This document shows positions 47,411-62,481 of a DNA stretch of 64,000 bases, piece by piece. Each line of letters opens with the position of its first letter. Position 1 is the stretch's first letter. This stretch comes from Candidatus Omnitrophota bacterium (GTDB lineage: Bacteria; Omnitrophota; Gorgyraeia; Zapsychrales; Zapsychraceae). The stretch is from the NCBI GenBank assembly GCA_050250375.1, contig JBFWOS010000003.1:17284-81283 (forward strand), given 5' to 3'. The position numbers and the translations under genes are program-made. The notes below the pieces were generated by a model. The model was given only the letters and a program-made list of their open reading frames with translations. It did not search any database and had not been told where the DNA came from.

Positions 47411-49156
47411 CTAGCGGTATTCCTCTTTAATATAAATCTCCTCGATGTTGTGAAACACCCCGCCAAGATTCGTGGGCCGGAGGTTTCCAAATCTGTTTCG
47501 GACGGCCGAAATCTTCGCGCTCAGGACGGTGTAAATCAACGGCAATTCATTGGCAACGATATCCTGAAACTCGTCATAATATTTCTTACGTTTTTCTTCA
47601 TCCAGCTCCTGGACACCCAATGAAAATAACTCGTCAATCCTTTTTTCCCAGGGAGTGGCCGGTTTTTCCTGCCTGGGGTACCACATGTGCAACTCTCCAT
47701 CGGAATTCCAGACATTCTTGCCAAAATGCGGTTCAATCCCTCCGGTCAAACCAAGGATGATCGCGTCCCATTCAAACGTGGAATTAATTTTCTGGACCAG
47801 CGTGTTAAATTCCAGCGCCTGGAAATTAACCTTCATACCGATCCGTTCCAAGTCGGAACGGATAATGCCGGCAATATCGACCCGCTCATTGTTTCCCGCG
47901 TTCGTGAACAGATTGAACTCCACCTTCTTCCCTTGTTTATCTTCAAGAACCCCGTCCCCGTCACGGTCGATGTAACCAGCCTCCTTAAGGATTAATCTGG
48001 CTTTATCGAGATTGAATTCATATTTAACGACATCGGGTTTATGAAAAAAGCCGCCGCCCGGACCGATCGGTGAATCCTGTTCATAGCCCAGCCCGTTTTT
48101 AACGATCGCGATAATTTCTTTTTTATCAATGGCATGCGCAACGGCCCGGCGAAAATTGATATCGGTGAACCATCTTAATTTCTCCGGGACAATGTGGGAT
48201 TTATTGGAATCCTTGTTGATCCCCGAATTTTGGTTAAAAAATAAAAACTGGCTGCCCATGTCCGGCCCCAAATCATAAACTGTAAAATTACTTTTCTCCT
48301 CGTACGGTTTGATCATGGGATAGTCTCCCCCGCGGATAACCTGCGCATCTGTTTCTCCCTCAATAAATTTTAATATTTCAACATCACTGCTTTGAAGGAT
48401 GATATAAATAATTTTGTCAATATACGGCAACTGGTCGCCGTCTGCGCTCTTTTTCCAATAATACTTGTTCCGCGTCAAAACAATCCTCTGGCCGGGTTCA
48501 TACCGGCTTAATTTAAAAGGACCTGTCCCGACTATATCTTCAAGAGGCGTATCAATAGTCCATTGATAGTTAAACGTATGATCATCCACATACTGTTTTA
48601 ACTTGTGTTTAGGAAGGATTGCTCCTCCCACCGCTCTTAGGAAAGGGGCAAATTTAAGGGGAAGGATAAAACGGACGGTATGGTCATCGACTTTCTCTAC
48701 AACTATTTTTTTCCCGTCAATGGTAAAAATGTCCGCGGACGAAGACGGAATTTCTTCATTATAAATCAGTTCATTGTAGGTGAACACGACATCATCCGCC
48801 GTAAAAGGAACCCCGTCATTCCAAAGGACATCTTTACGCAGATGAAAAATCCAGGTTAACCCGTCCGGGCTGATCTCCCACGACTCAGCCAGGTTCGGCT
48901 CGGCCCTGGCATCATCCGGGTTGCTGGTGGTCAAACCTTCAAATATAGTCGCGGTGATTTCGCTCGAAGAAGCGTCTTTGATCAGGACTTCGTTAAATGT
49001 TTTCGGATCCGATGTAGTTGAGAAAACAATTTGTCCTCCATATTTTGAACTCTTGCTCTGAGCCAAACATGAAGGACTAAAGGAAACAGACAGGAATAAA
49101 AACGCGATCAGCATGCGCAAATCGCGATAATGATAAAGACGTCCCAAAAGACTCAT
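47411..49156 (-). CDS. Peptide ABC transporter substrate-binding protein (family 5)
   Basis: PNLAESWEIS.DG..W.FHLR, WNDGVPFTADDVVFT, VGTGPF. Start uncertain (49156 or 49114). Confidence 0.92.
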   Translation of the reverse strand: MSLLGRLYHYRDLRMLIAFLFLSVSFSPSCLAQSKSSKYGGQIVFSTTSDPKTFNEVLIKDASSSEITATIFEGLTTSNPDDARAEPNLAESWEISPDGLTWIFHLRKDVLWNDGVPFTADDVVFTYNELIYNEEIPSSSADIFTIDGKKIVVEKVDDHTVRFILPLKFAPFLRAVGGAILPKHKLKQYVDDHTFNYQWTIDTPLEDIVGTGPFKLSRYEPGQRIVLTRNKYYWKKSADGDQLPYIDKIIYIILQSSDVEILKFIEGETDAQVIRGGDYPMIKPYEEKSNFTVYDLGPDMGSQFLFFNQNSGINKDSNKSHIVPEKLRWFTDINFRRAVAHAIDKKEIIAIVKNGLGYEQDSPIGPGGGFFHKPDVVKYEFNLDKARLILKEAGYIDRDGDGVLEDKQGKKVEFNLFTNAGNNERVDIAGIIRSDLERIGMKVNFQALEFNTLVQKINSTFEWDAIILGLTGGIEPHFGKNVWNSDGELHMWYPRQEKPATPWEKRIDELFSLGVQELDEEKRKKYYDEFQDIVANELPLIYTVLSAKISAVRNRFGNLRPTNLGGVFHNIEEIYIKEEYR

Positions 49157-49200
49157 AAATACTCTTGTTATGGCACAACGGCCGGTTAACAATGGCTTGG

Positions 49201-49560
49201 TTAAGGCTGTTTCTGCGAAATTGGTGTCTTATCAGGAATTCTTTCGATCAAATCTTTTGTCGCGTCTTCCGATAACGGTAAGGCCGGCACTTCCGGGGCC
49301 ATAGGCGCGGCGACTTTGTTTGGCATCAGCGACTTCCCGCTTTTCGTCGAAAGGACGGCTAGGCTTAGGCACGTCACGATAAATATGACGGTTAATATCG
49401 TTGTGGCTTTGATCATAAACTCATTCGTCTGGGCGCCGAACATGGATTCAGCGGACGAGAATCCTTCGGTCAATCCGCCGCCACGGCCGGACTGCATCAA
49501 AATAACGACTGTCAGAAGAATACATACAATCGCGTGTATAAACATAATAAATCCCATCAT
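49201..49560 (-). CDS. secG: Preprotein translocase SecG
   Basis: ILMQSGRGGGL, two TMs, follows tpiA. Confidence 0.92.
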   Translation of the reverse strand: MMGFIMFIHAIVCILLTVVILMQSGRGGGLTEGFSSAESMFGAQTNEFMIKATTILTVIFIVTCLSLAVLSTKSGKSLMPNKVAAPMAPEVPALPLSEDATKDLIERIPDKTPISQKQP

Positions 49561-49584
49561 TTCAATATCTCCCTTTAAATTAAA

Positions 49585-50352
49585 TTACTTGGCTACACCC
49601 ATACAATTTTTTACAATTTGGATAAACGAATCACTTTTAAGACTGGCCCCGCCAACAAGTGCCCCGTCGATATCCACTTGTGAGACTAATTCTTCTATAT
49701 TTTCCGGCTTAACGCTTCCACCGTATTGAATCCTTATGGATTCGGCCGTTTCCGGACCGAATGCCTTGGTTAATAACTGCCGGATAAACTGGTGAACTTC
49801 CTGGGCCTGTTCCTTCGTCGCGGTCTTTCCGGTTCCGATGGCCCAAACCGGTTCATAGGCAATCACCATCTTTTTCATCTCAGCATCCGAGAACCCGGCA
49901 AATGAACCATTAAATTGTTTTTGAATAACATCCTTGGTTTTGCCCGCTTCCCGTTCTTCCAAAAGTTCACCGACGCAGACAATCGGTATCAATTCGTGCT
50001 TCAAAGCCGCTTTAATCTTTTTATTAACCGTCGCGTCCGTTTCTCCAAAAAATTGCCGCCGTTCGGAGTGACCGATAATGACATATTGCGCTCCTGCTTC
50101 TTTTATAAGCGGCGCGGAAACTTCACCGGTAAATGCGCCGGCATCTTCCCAATAAATATTCTGGGCACCCAGGCCGATATGGCTGTCCACCAACACGTCG
50201 CTAACGTCCCGCAATGCCGTAAACACCGGGCAAACCACGACATCCACTTCCGTAATGTCACTCAGCTCACGATTGAGTTCAGTCACCAGTTCCATCGCCT
50301 CTTTACAATTCTTATTCAATTTCCAATTTCCGGCAATTATCGTTTTTCTCAT
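49585..50352 (-). CDS. tpiA: Triosephosphate isomerase
   Basis: [27 protein letters not shown]. Confidence 0.98.
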   Translation of the reverse strand: MRKTIIAGNWKLNKNCKEAMELVTELNRELSDITEVDVVVCPVFTALRDVSDVLVDSHIGLGAQNIYWEDAGAFTGEVSAPLIKEAGAQYVIIGHSERRQFFGETDATVNKKIKAALKHELIPIVCVGELLEEREAGKTKDVIQKQFNGSFAGFSDAEMKKMVIAYEPVWAIGTGKTATKEQAQEVHQFIRQLLTKAFGPETAESIRIQYGGSVKPENIEELVSQVDIDGALVGGASLKSDSFIQIVKNCMGVAK

Positions 50353-51545
50353 GCCTTCACCTTATCCTTGTTCATTAAAGCCGAAATACCGGGCAGTTCC
50401 TTGCCTTCCAGCAGCTCCAGGGACGCTCCGCCCCCCGTTGAGATATGCGTCATCTTATCCGCCACATTAAATTTCTTGGCCGCGGCCGCTGAATCACCCC
50501 CGCCAACAATCGTCGTTGCATTATTCAAAGTCGCCAAGTATTCAGCGATCTCTTTTGTTCCCTGGGCGTATGGTTCAATCTCAAAAACCCCTACCGGTCC
50601 GTTCCAGACGATTGTTTTAGCCGTAGAGAGTACTTTTTTAAAAGCTTCACGGGTTTTCGGCCCGATATCAATACTTTCCGTACCATCAGGAATGTCATCA
50701 ACAATCCGCACCGTATCCTGTTTAGAAAAATCATCCACAATGACAAAATCGGTTGTCAGGACAATATTGACACCGGTTGCCTTGGCTTTTTCCATCAAAT
50801 CTTTGGCCGTGTTGACGCGGTCTTTTTCCAAAAGAGAATTCCCGACATTCTTGCCCAAGGCCTTTAAAAAAGTATAGGCCATCCCGCCGCCGATAAGAAT
50901 GGCATCCGCCTTCTTCAATAAATTCTCGATCAGAAGGATTTTATCCGACACTTTTGCCCCCCCCATAATGACAACATACGGTCTGGCCGGATTGCTGACC
51001 GCCTGCCCCAGATATTCCAACTCTTTCTCAAGGAGAAAACCGGCGACTGAAGGCAGGAATTTAGTGATGCCTTCGGTCGAAGCATGCGCCCGGTGAGCCG
51101 TTCCAAACGCGTCATTGACATAAATGTCCGCAAAAGAGGCCAATGCTTTGGCAAAGGACGGGTCATTTTTCTCTTCTTCTTCATGAAAACGGAGGTTTTC
51201 CAGCATAACGACCCGCTGGGAGCCTTTGCTGATAGAAGAAGACACAATTTTCCCGATACAGTCTTCGGTCATCAAGACATCTTCTCCCAGCAATTCCTCC
51301 AACTTTTTGGCGACAGGAGTAAGCCTCATCGTTTCATTCACTTTTCCCTTGGGTCTTCCTAAATGACTCATCAAAATCAGTTTGGCAGGCTTTTGTTCTA
51401 ATATATATTGAATTGTCGGCAAAGATGCCTGAATGCGGTTATCATCGGTAATATTTTGCTGTTCATCCAGCGGGACGTTAAAATCGACCCGCATAATGAT
51501 CTTCTTTCCGTTTAAATCCATATCTCTGACAGTTAATTTGTTCAT
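50349..51545 (-). CDS. pgk: Phosphoglycerate kinase
   Basis: [35 protein letters not shown]. Confidence 0.98.
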   Translation of the reverse strand: MNKLTVRDMDLNGKKIIMRVDFNVPLDEQQNITDDNRIQASLPTIQYILEQKPAKLILMSHLGRPKGKVNETMRLTPVAKKLEELLGEDVLMTEDCIGKIVSSSISKGSQRVVMLENLRFHEEEEKNDPSFAKALASFADIYVNDAFGTAHRAHASTEGITKFLPSVAGFLLEKELEYLGQAVSNPARPYVVIMGGAKVSDKILLIENLLKKADAILIGGGMAYTFLKALGKNVGNSLLEKDRVNTAKDLMEKAKATGVNIVLTTDFVIVDDFSKQDTVRIVDDIPDGTESIDIGPKTREAFKKVLSTAKTIVWNGPVGVFEIEPYAQGTKEIAEYLATLNNATTIVGGGDSAAAAKKFNVADKMTHISTGGGASLELLEGKELPGISALMNKDKVKA

Positions 51546-51604
51546 GACAATCAATATCCTTTATTATTCTAATATTATATTTATTACCTAAATTTAATCT
51601 GTTT

Positions 51605-51632
51605 ATTATATCCAAACACTTTATTTTGTCAA
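51605..51632 (-). promoter_or_regulatory. Sigma-70 promoter for the pgk operon
   Basis: TTGACA-16 nt-TATAAT. Confidence 0.7.
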
Positions 51633-51705
51633 ATTATAATCTGCCCTGGCAAATAAATCATAAATAGCTTTAAATAAATAACTTACAATAAATATAATCC
51701 ATTTT

Positions 51706-54988
<3,283 letters not shown>

Positions 54989-54996
<8 letters not shown>

Positions 54997-56329
54997 ACTG
55001 ACCACCCCTTTCTTTCTGAATCGAAAAGCCGTTAATGACCATCAATAATCCGGCCATATACCAAAAATAAGATGATAACTGCAAAGAATAAAAATTGGTA
55101 TCAAAAAAACTCTGCGTTAAAAAAGCAACTAATCCCGATAACAAACCAAATGCGAGAAATAATCCATCATCCTTATCTACAAAGAATATCTTAATCTGCC
55201 GTATGGAATCCTTAAACAACCGAAATAAAATCCAGAAGAAGGCCCCTAAACTGAAAATTCCCGTTTCCGCCCAGATTTGCAAAAAACAATTGTGGGCAAA
55301 AGTCGGTGAATGATTTGAATAAGTCATTAAATGACGATATTTCCCCAAGGCTTTTCTCCGGTATTTTTCATTAAAGACCCGCATATAGGTATTGGGTCCG
55401 TGGCCCAATAGAGGTCTATCCTTAATCATTTTAAAGGTGTCCTCCCATACAACAATCCTGAAATCAGACGTTCTCCTGTTTAGAAAACCAAACTGAGGAT
55501 AATCACCTAAACTGATTTTACTCATGACGACGATCATCAGCCCAGCCAGATACAATATCACATAGGCCTTCACTTTTTCCTGCTTGAGATGATAAAGAAC
55601 GGTAAATACGATAAATAGGCCGCTTAAACCAATCCCCAAAATAGCACCCCTCGAAAATGACAGCACCAGGGACCAGATAAAAATAAAGATGGCTCCCAAG
55701 ATAAAACCCCGAACTTTCGGCATTTTTGCCCTATCAAAAAGTTGTAGCGCAAACAATGGTAACAAAATTGTATAAATGGCCCCCAGGCTGGACGGAGCTT
55801 CGAAACTGCCGGTCGCCCGCGCTCCGGGTTTAATCATCCGCCCCATAAAAATATCCCGATGAGTTATATAATATTGCTGAATACTGTCCAGGGCCAGGGC
55901 AATGATTGTAATGGTCAAGGTGGTTAGAGCGATATGGACATGTTTTCGATTTTTAAACGATTCACACACCAGAAAGAAAATAACAAACCATTCACACGTC
56001 TTGGAAATCAGACCATGAATGGCTTTTGACGAATATTCACTGAGGATGGCGGAGGCCAGACAAAATCCGAGAAAAATAAAAATTGGGAGCGTAAGACCAT
56101 TGCGTGGAGGTCTAAAACTTTTGATGAAATAAATCCCATGTTCTACTACAGACATTTTCGTTTTATCAGTTAAACAGAAAAGGACAACCCTTTTGACGAT
56201 CCATAACAAAAAGGCCAGCCCAACGCAAACCTCAATGACCGCCTGGCTGTAAGGCATCCAGAATATCAATACATACATCAAAAATCTGATCCATTGATCC
56301 AGACGTTCTGTCCAATGCATATGGGTCAA
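54989..56329 (-). CDS. O-antigen ligase family membrane protein
   Basis: [33 protein letters not shown]; paralog of 51706..53040 (shared [10 protein letters not shown]). Confidence 0.88.
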
Positions 56330-57753
56330 TAGGCCCCCTTTCCTTTTATGACAACCGGAAGGGTTTGAAACAGGATATTAATATCCAGCCAGAAAGACCA
56401 GTTATTGATGTACCAGACATCCCATCTCAACAGACGGGAAAACGAGACATCACTTCTTCCTCTGACCTGCCATAATCCCGTCATACCCGGGCGAACCTCC
56501 AACCGTTGCAGCTGCCGCAGGTCTTCCCGCTCAACTTCGGAAGTCAAAAGCGGGCGCGGGCCGACCAGACTCATATCCCCTTTGATGACGTTGATCAATT
56601 GGGGAAGCTCATCCAGGCTGTATTTACGTAAAATCTTTCCAAAAGAAGTAACCCGCGGATCTTCTTTGATTTTAAAAATGGGACCGTCCACTTCATTTCT
56701 GGACCGTAATTCCTTTAATTTCTTATCGGCATCTTTCACCATGCTTCGAAATTTCAACATTCTGAATTTCTGCCCCTTACGCCCGTAACGTAATGAAATA
56801 TGAAAAACCGGCCCGGGGGAATCCAGTTTAATCATGATCGAGATCATTAACAGTAGCGGGGCTAAAATGACCGTAAAAATCACGGCAAAGATAAAATCAA
56901 AAACCCTTTTTCCGAATTGCTGACGGATCGTGTGCAGCCCGGAATACTGCAGAACTGGAATGATCCCGATATTGGAATTGGAAAACTGGCCGCCGATCAG
57001 CTGATATCCGTGCGGGACCACATGCACGTCAATCCCGAATTCTTTGGCCTGTTCAAGGATCTCGGACAATTTATTTTCTTCCAGATGGATCGTGATATAA
57101 ATGCGGGTAATAAATTCCTTTCTGGCCAGCTTGACAAAATCCGGGATCTTGCCGATCACATCGATCTTGTTGATCGCCTGATCCCTCGGTTTAAAGTCAT
57201 CCAGAAACCCGACAATATTCAAACCCAGTCCCGGCCGGCTCCTGATCTCATCCACCAAAGAAACCCCAACCTTTCCGGCCCCGATAATCAGAATATTGAA
57301 ATTATTGTACCCGTGGGAAACGATATAATCGACGAAAACCCGTTTGATCACTCTCCAGATGGACAGATATCCGAACAGAAAAAGAAACGACGTTGAGAAT
57401 ATTGTCCGTGGAAAACCCTCAATTTTAACCACATAAATTGAAACGATAATGATCAAGGCGGCCAGCATGTTCGCCTTCAATACCTGCCAGACTTCCAGGA
57501 TCTCGGATTCTTCCCGCTTGGTTTCATAAAGCCCGATGGAATAATTCAAAATTAGAATGACCAGCATCCAGAAATTAAAGACAGGCCGGAAAGGATTTTC
57601 CGGGGAAAAAAATAAATTGTAGAATGTCAGGTCGAATTTAAGTTTTCCGGGCAGGATAAAACTGGCGCAATAAAACGCCAGGACAATAATAACGATATCA
57701 ATAAAGATGTACCCCAGGCGAATGAGGTATCGTTTGGCCAGCAGGTTAACCAT
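56326..57753 (-). CDS. Polyprenyl glycosylphosphotransferase (WcaJ/CpsE-like priming transferase)
   Basis: KRVFD, KFRSM, DPRVT, SLDELPQL, SLVGPRP, PGMTGLWQV. Confidence 0.93.
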   Translation of the reverse strand: MVNLLAKRYLIRLGYIFIDIVIIVLAFYCASFILPGKLKFDLTFYNLFFSPENPFRPVFNFWMLVILILNYSIGLYETKREESEILEVWQVLKANMLAALIIIVSIYVVKIEGFPRTIFSTSFLFLFGYLSIWRVIKRVFVDYIVSHGYNNFNILIIGAGKVGVSLVDEIRSRPGLGLNIVGFLDDFKPRDQAINKIDVIGKIPDFVKLARKEFITRIYITIHLEENKLSEILEQAKEFGIDVHVVPHGYQLIGGQFSNSNIGIIPVLQYSGLHTIRQQFGKRVFDFIFAVIFTVILAPLLLMISIMIKLDSPGPVFHISLRYGRKGQKFRMLKFRSMVKDADKKLKELRSRNEVDGPIFKIKEDPRVTSFGKILRKYSLDELPQLINVIKGDMSLVGPRPLLTSEVEREDLRQLQRLEVRPGMTGLWQVRGRSDVSFSRLLRWDVWYINNWSFWLDINILFQTLPVVIKGKGAY

Positions 57754-58498
57754 GTTTGAACAGTTCTTTTTTGATCAGATAATAAATAAATTTTGAATTC
57801 CCGAATAAATATCTTTTCCAAAGACGTTTCGGCTCACTGCACAGCCGATAAAACCATTCCAGCCCGTACCGTCTCATCCACTGCGGGGCGCGTTTTTTTT
57901 GGCCTGATAGAAAATCAAAAGCCGCCCCCACCCCAAGCAGGACCGGAACATTCAGCAGGTGACGATGATTGTACATCCAGACATCCTGTTTGGGAGAACC
58001 CAGGCCAACCCATAGAACATCGGCCTTTGAAGAATTAATCGCGTCAATGACACCCTGATCTTCCAGCTGCCCCGCCATACGCTGACCCGGCGTATAATAT
58101 CCGGCCACCTGCAGCTCTGGAAACTTTTCTTTTAACCGGGTAATTAATCCCTGCATCCCTTTTTCATTACCTCCAAAGAAATAATGCCGGATACCGGGTT
58201 GCTGCCCTATCCGGCAAAACTCCTGCAAAAAATCAGGCCCGCAGGTCCTTTGTATCGTCTGGCTTCCTTTAAACCGCCCGAGCCACACCAGGGGAATTCC
58301 ATCAGGTACAGTCAGTCCGGCCTTGTTGATAATTGCGTGATAACTGGAATTGTTCTGACAGTCAACTAACGTGGAAACCGGAGCGAAGCAGATATAAGTT
58401 TTAGAGTGTTCCTTAATGGCCTGCTGGACAAACTGAGTCGTTCTGATAATGTCAGTATCGGCCACTTCAACACCCAACATACTAATTTTATTAATCAT
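57746..58498 (-). CDS. WecG/TagA/CpsF family glycosyltransferase
   Basis: PDGIPLVW, VGLGSPKQ, GVGAAFDF, RAPQWM, LEWFYRL..EPKRLWKRY. Confidence 0.93.
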   Translation of the reverse strand: MINKISMLGVEVADTDIIRTTQFVQQAIKEHSKTYICFAPVSTLVDCQNNSSYHAIINKAGLTVPDGIPLVWLGRFKGSQTIQRTCGPDFLQEFCRIGQQPGIRHYFFGGNEKGMQGLITRLKEKFPELQVAGYYTPGQRMAGQLEDQGVIDAINSSKADVLWVGLGSPKQDVWMYNHRHLLNVPVLLGVGAAFDFLSGQKKRAPQWMRRYGLEWFYRLCSEPKRLWKRYLFGNSKFIYYLIKKELFKHG

Positions 58499-58609
58499 TT
58501 TTTATTAATATTTATAATATTAAAAAGGCAAGTTACTTTGAATACTACCACAACAGACCTGAATTAAAAAGTTATTTCTAAGAACCGTTGAGCGGCGGGG
58601 CAAACTTTC

Positions 58610-59782
58610 TCAAGCCTGCTGCAAAACCTGCTGATAAATCTTCATCAATGCGGAATAATTTACATCTGAGGAAAAAGATTGAATATATTTGTTAAACGCC
58701 TGTTGTTTTATCCCTGCATAGCCCTTTTCATTTAAGCATAGTCTAACGGCGTCAACCAATGCCCCGGGATTTCCGGGTTCAAACAAAAATCCCTCTTTTT
58801 GATCATGAATAATTTCCTGAAGGCTTCCCAGCCGGCTGGCGACAACCGGAATTCCATAGGCCATTGCTTCCGCGACTATCCGTGGGAAATTTTCATAACA
58901 AATCGACGGGACAACGACCATACGGGCCCCGCGCATTAATTGATCGTATTTGTCTTGTCCCACATGACCGAGCAATGAAACATTCGTCAACTGGTTATTG
59001 TGAATAAAACCGGATACATACGGCATCAGCGGCCCGTCACCTGCGATTATTAACGGATACTCTTTGATCTCTTTCCAGGCCTTGATCAGGACCTCTACCC
59101 CTTTTTCATCACTCAGCCGTCCGACATAGAGCGCGTACCCCTGGTCCACCGCCTGCTCTTTAGTCGGAGGATAAATGAAATTAGGTTTGATAAAGATTTT
59201 ATCCGGTGCGATCCCGGCCCGGACATATTTCTGCTTGGTGAATTCTGTCGCCGTAATATATGCATCAACCTTATTTTTCCAGGTGTTCATTTTCCGGTGG
59301 GCCATCAACATCCGGACAACCAGAGCAGAAATGACCCACGACTTCTGATAACATCTGTGTTTGATTCCGTTAAACAATGATCCGTTCAGACATTTCTCGC
59401 AGACTTGGTTATTTCGAAAAAACAATCCGTTGGCACAAAGCGGGCGGAAATTGTGGAGGCTCTGGACGACCGGGATCCCTTCATCTTTACTGGCATGATA
59501 AACCGCCGGGCTCATCATAAAATAAATATTATGAAAATGCGCGATATCGGGTTTCGTATCCCGGATTAATTTTCGCAATTCCCGGTAACTTTGATCAGAC
59601 CAGGCCAGATACCACATGAACCGGGATTTTTCTCTGAAACTGAATTTTGTGAGTTCCGTATTCGAACGGCTGTAGACAATGACCTCGTGACCGTTGTCCT
59701 GAAGCAATTGCTGTTCCGCCAGCGCGACCGCGTCTTCCCCGCCGAAATTCTGATACTGATTATGCCCGATCAGAATTCTCAT
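58610..59782 (-). CDS. Glycosyltransferase family 4
   Basis: GGED, HFHN, VGRLSDEKG, PSICYENFP..EAMAYG. Confidence 0.92.
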   Translation of the reverse strand: MRILIGHNQYQNFGGEDAVALAEQQLLQDNGHEVIVYSRSNTELTKFSFREKSRFMWYLAWSDQSYRELRKLIRDTKPDIAHFHNIYFMMSPAVYHASKDEGIPVVQSLHNFRPLCANGLFFRNNQVCEKCLNGSLFNGIKHRCYQKSWVISALVVRMLMAHRKMNTWKNKVDAYITATEFTKQKYVRAGIAPDKIFIKPNFIYPPTKEQAVDQGYALYVGRLSDEKGVEVLIKAWKEIKEYPLIIAGDGPLMPYVSGFIHNNQLTNVSLLGHVGQDKYDQLMRGARMVVVPSICYENFPRIVAEAMAYGIPVVASRLGSLQEIIHDQKEGFLFEPGNPGALVDAVRLCLNEKGYAGIKQQAFNKYIQSFSSDVNYSALMKIYQQVLQQA

Positions 59783-60711
59783 AATTGAACGCCTAATTGT
59801 TTACGCCAACTCTTTAAAGTCCTGACGAGGCTTTTATCCAGACTGATTTCCTGTTTCCACGGCGTGTGGGCTCTTAATTTGGCATTGGACCCGATCACAT
59901 CAAAACTTTTTGAACCGGAACTTTCATCTTCAATAATCTCAACATCGGTCAACCTGGAAAAAAGAATCAATTTGAACAGCAGATCTTCAATCCTGGTCGG
60001 AACCGATGAACAGACATTATAAATCTGCCCGGACCGGCCGGACTCGGCCAAATGCCATAGGGCCGAGCAGATGTCCTCAATATCCAGAAAATCGCGGCGG
60101 CCTTTCAGGCTCATCGTGTTCAATGCGCCTGTTTTGTTCCCCTGTTCCAATCGAACAATCTCTTTAGAAAATCGGCCGGCTGCCAGTTGATCCGGCGTAT
60201 TTGCACCCGTGATATTAAACAGGCGCGCGACAACCACATTAAAACCCAGGGTTGAATACTGGAATGCTAAGTCTGTCTGTTTAAATTTTACTTTTCCATA
60301 ATCGGACAGCGGGACGGCTATGGCTCGTTCACTGATCCGTCGGACATTAGCCGGCGGCTCCCCGTACTCGGCGGCTGATCCTGGAATAACGATTTTAGCG
60401 GGGATGTGGGCAATCTGGAGTAACGTTGTAAATAACGCTTTTGTGGTTTCGATATTGGATTCTTTCAGCTTCGCGGCATCATTCATCCGACCGCCGGCCA
60501 GATGAAAAATATAATCCGGGGAGATATTATCCAGGAAATGACCGAATCTTCTGGAATCACGCATATCCATGGATGAAATGCCAGGAACGCCTGAAGTTTT
60601 CATCAGATCTATTCCAAACACTTGAATAGTCTTTTTATGTCTTTTTAGAAACTGCCACAACGCCTGGCCAATAAAACCATTCACTCCGGTAATAAGCGCT
60701 TTTTTTTTCAT
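59779..60711 (-). CDS. NAD-dependent sugar reductase/epimerase (Rmd-like)
   Basis: LITGVNGFIG, FHLAG, GSAAEYG, YGKVK, RDFLD. Confidence 0.75.
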   Translation of the reverse strand: MKKKALITGVNGFIGQALWQFLKRHKKTIQVFGIDLMKTSGVPGISSMDMRDSRRFGHFLDNISPDYIFHLAGGRMNDAAKLKESNIETTKALFTTLLQIAHIPAKIVIPGSAAEYGEPPANVRRISERAIAVPLSDYGKVKFKQTDLAFQYSTLGFNVVVARLFNITGANTPDQLAAGRFSKEIVRLEQGNKTGALNTMSLKGRRDFLDIEDICSALWHLAESGRSGQIYNVCSSVPTRIEDLLFKLILFSRLTDVEIIEDESSGSKSFDVIGSNAKLRAHTPWKQEISLDKSLVRTLKSWRKQLGVQL

Positions 60712-60759
60712 GCTGAAAGTAGAAGTCTCATGTCACAAGGGCACACGCCCCATACGACC

Positions 60760-61494
60760 TTATAACTTTGTGGAGTTTGACTTTCCCAGAAATTTCTTTT
60801 TATGCTTCTCGAATATGTCCTGAGAGGCCTCAAAATCATCGAGTCTCCCCAGGTCGAGCCAAATGGATTGAGTCTTAAAACAGCTTATCTTCTCACCGGC
60901 GGCCTTCATCCTTAAAATCAGGTCAGGCATCCCGATGTTTTCATCATCCTTAATAAAATTCCAACAACCTTTGTTCAACACATAAACGCCGATGCTGACG
61001 AATGACTTGTGTTCAGGCTTTTCAATATAGTCAGAGAGATCGCCCTTTTTATCCACTTCGATCACCCCGAAATCCGTCTTGACCACACGTTCCTTGATCG
61101 TAATCGTGGCCATGGCCTTTTTTAATTTGTGGTGTTTGATCAGCTCCTTAAAATTCAAATCTGTCAGGACATCACCGTTGATAACCACACAATCCGTATC
61201 CATCTTTTTGATTAACTTCAGGGCGCCGGCGGTCCCGAGCGGTTTGTGTTCTGTAACATAGGTAATATGAACCCCCCATTTCCGGCCGTCGCCAAAATAG
61301 GCCTCAATAAGCCCGGCCAGATGTCCGGTTGAAATAACAATATTTTTCAAACGGGCAGACTCGAGCTGACGGATGATCACTTCGCAGATCGGGTGCTCAC
61401 CCACCGGCATGAGCGGTTTGGGGATAACAGCTGTGTATGGTTTTAAACGGGTCCCTTTTCCTCCCGCAAGGATGATGGCTTGTATTTTAGACAT
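60760..61494 (-). CDS. Sugar-phosphate nucleotidyltransferase
   Basis: LAGGKGTRLKPYT..PKPL, PLGTAG, NGDVLTD, WLDLG. Confidence 0.9.
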   Translation of the reverse strand: MSKIQAIILAGGKGTRLKPYTAVIPKPLMPVGEHPICEVIIRQLESARLKNIVISTGHLAGLIEAYFGDGRKWGVHITYVTEHKPLGTAGALKLIKKMDTDCVVINGDVLTDLNFKELIKHHKLKKAMATITIKERVVKTDFGVIEVDKKGDLSDYIEKPEHKSFVSIGVYVLNKGCWNFIKDDENIGMPDLILRMKAAGEKISCFKTQSIWLDLGRLDDFEASQDIFEKHKKKFLGKSNSTKL

Positions 61495-62479
61495 TATAAA
61501 TATCCGTTTTAAATGATTTCATATTTTCTTTAATCCACTGACAGGTTTTCTTTAAACCTGTTTCTAAATTTACGGCAGGTGTCCAGTCCGTCAGCTGTTT
61601 AAGTTTTTCCGCGCTGCAGATAAGCCGTTCCACCTCACTTTTCTCCGGCCGCATCCGAGACTGTTCCGTGATGACTTTTACTTTTGAGCCGGTGATGACC
61701 TGGATCAATTCGAGCACCTCTCGGATGGACGTTTCCCGTCCGCTGCCGGAATTGATCACCTCACCATTCGTCTTGGAAGTTTCGGCTACTTTTAGAAACG
61801 AATCAACGGTATTGGCCACATAATTAAAATCCCGGATTACCTCTATATTCCCTAATTTGATTGTTTTTTGCCCGGCATAAATTTGGGAAACAATCGTCGG
61901 TATGATCGCCCTGGCCGACTGGCGAGGGCCGAACGTATTAAACGGTCTCAGCACCGTTACCGGCAGATCAAACGACCGGTAAAACGATAACGCCAGGCTG
62001 TCTGCAGCGGATTTTGTTGCCGCATACGGCGACTGCGGATTGACCGGATGCAGCTCATCAATCGGCGCGTATTGGGCTGTCCCGTAAATTTCGCTCGTTG
62101 AGGTGTGGACAATTTTCTTTACACCGCATTGTTTGGATGCCTGTAGAATATTCAGCGTCCCTTTCACGTTAGTGTCCACATAACTGTCCGGGGAATGATA
62201 ACTGAACGGGATTCCGATCAGGGCGGCCAGATGGAAAACCACGTCACAACCTTTGACGGCCGTCAAAACTCCATTCGGATCGCGGATATCCCCCGTGAAT
62301 ACATCCACTTTTTTTATAACATTCTTCGGAAAAATATCCATCCAGCCCCAACTGTTAAACGAATTATAAAACGCGAACGCCCTGACATCCGCTCCCAGGC
62401 CCACCAGTTTCTCAACCAGATGGCTGCCGATAAAACCATCAGCTCCGGTCACCAATACTTTTTTATTTTTCCAGTCCAT
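61487..62479 (-). CDS. NDP-sugar 4,6-dehydratase (LegB-like SDR)
   Basis: Start moved to MDWKNKKVLVTGADGFIGSHL (62479); YNSFNSWGW, HLAALIGIPFSY, YAATK, GPRQSARA. Confidence 0.88.
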   Translation of the reverse strand: MDWKNKKVLVTGADGFIGSHLVEKLVGLGADVRAFAFYNSFNSWGWMDIFPKNVIKKVDVFTGDIRDPNGVLTAVKGCDVVFHLAALIGIPFSYHSPDSYVDTNVKGTLNILQASKQCGVKKIVHTSTSEIYGTAQYAPIDELHPVNPQSPYAATKSAADSLALSFYRSFDLPVTVLRPFNTFGPRQSARAIIPTIVSQIYAGQKTIKLGNIEVIRDFNYVANTVDSFLKVAETSKTNGEVINSGSGRETSIREVLELIQVITGSKVKVITEQSRMRPEKSEVERLICSAEKLKQLTDWTPAVNLETGLKKTCQWIKENMKSFKTDIYNV

Positions 62480-62481
62480 AG

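Noticed and set aside
49915-50877. 320-aa plus-strand ORF
   Set aside because: Antisense shadow of pgk/tpiA; no RBS or recognisable motifs.
58540-58555. ops/JUMPstart-like GTGGTAG in the glycan cluster
   Set aside because: Partial match only to GGCGGTAG; the rest of the JUMPstart sequence is absent.
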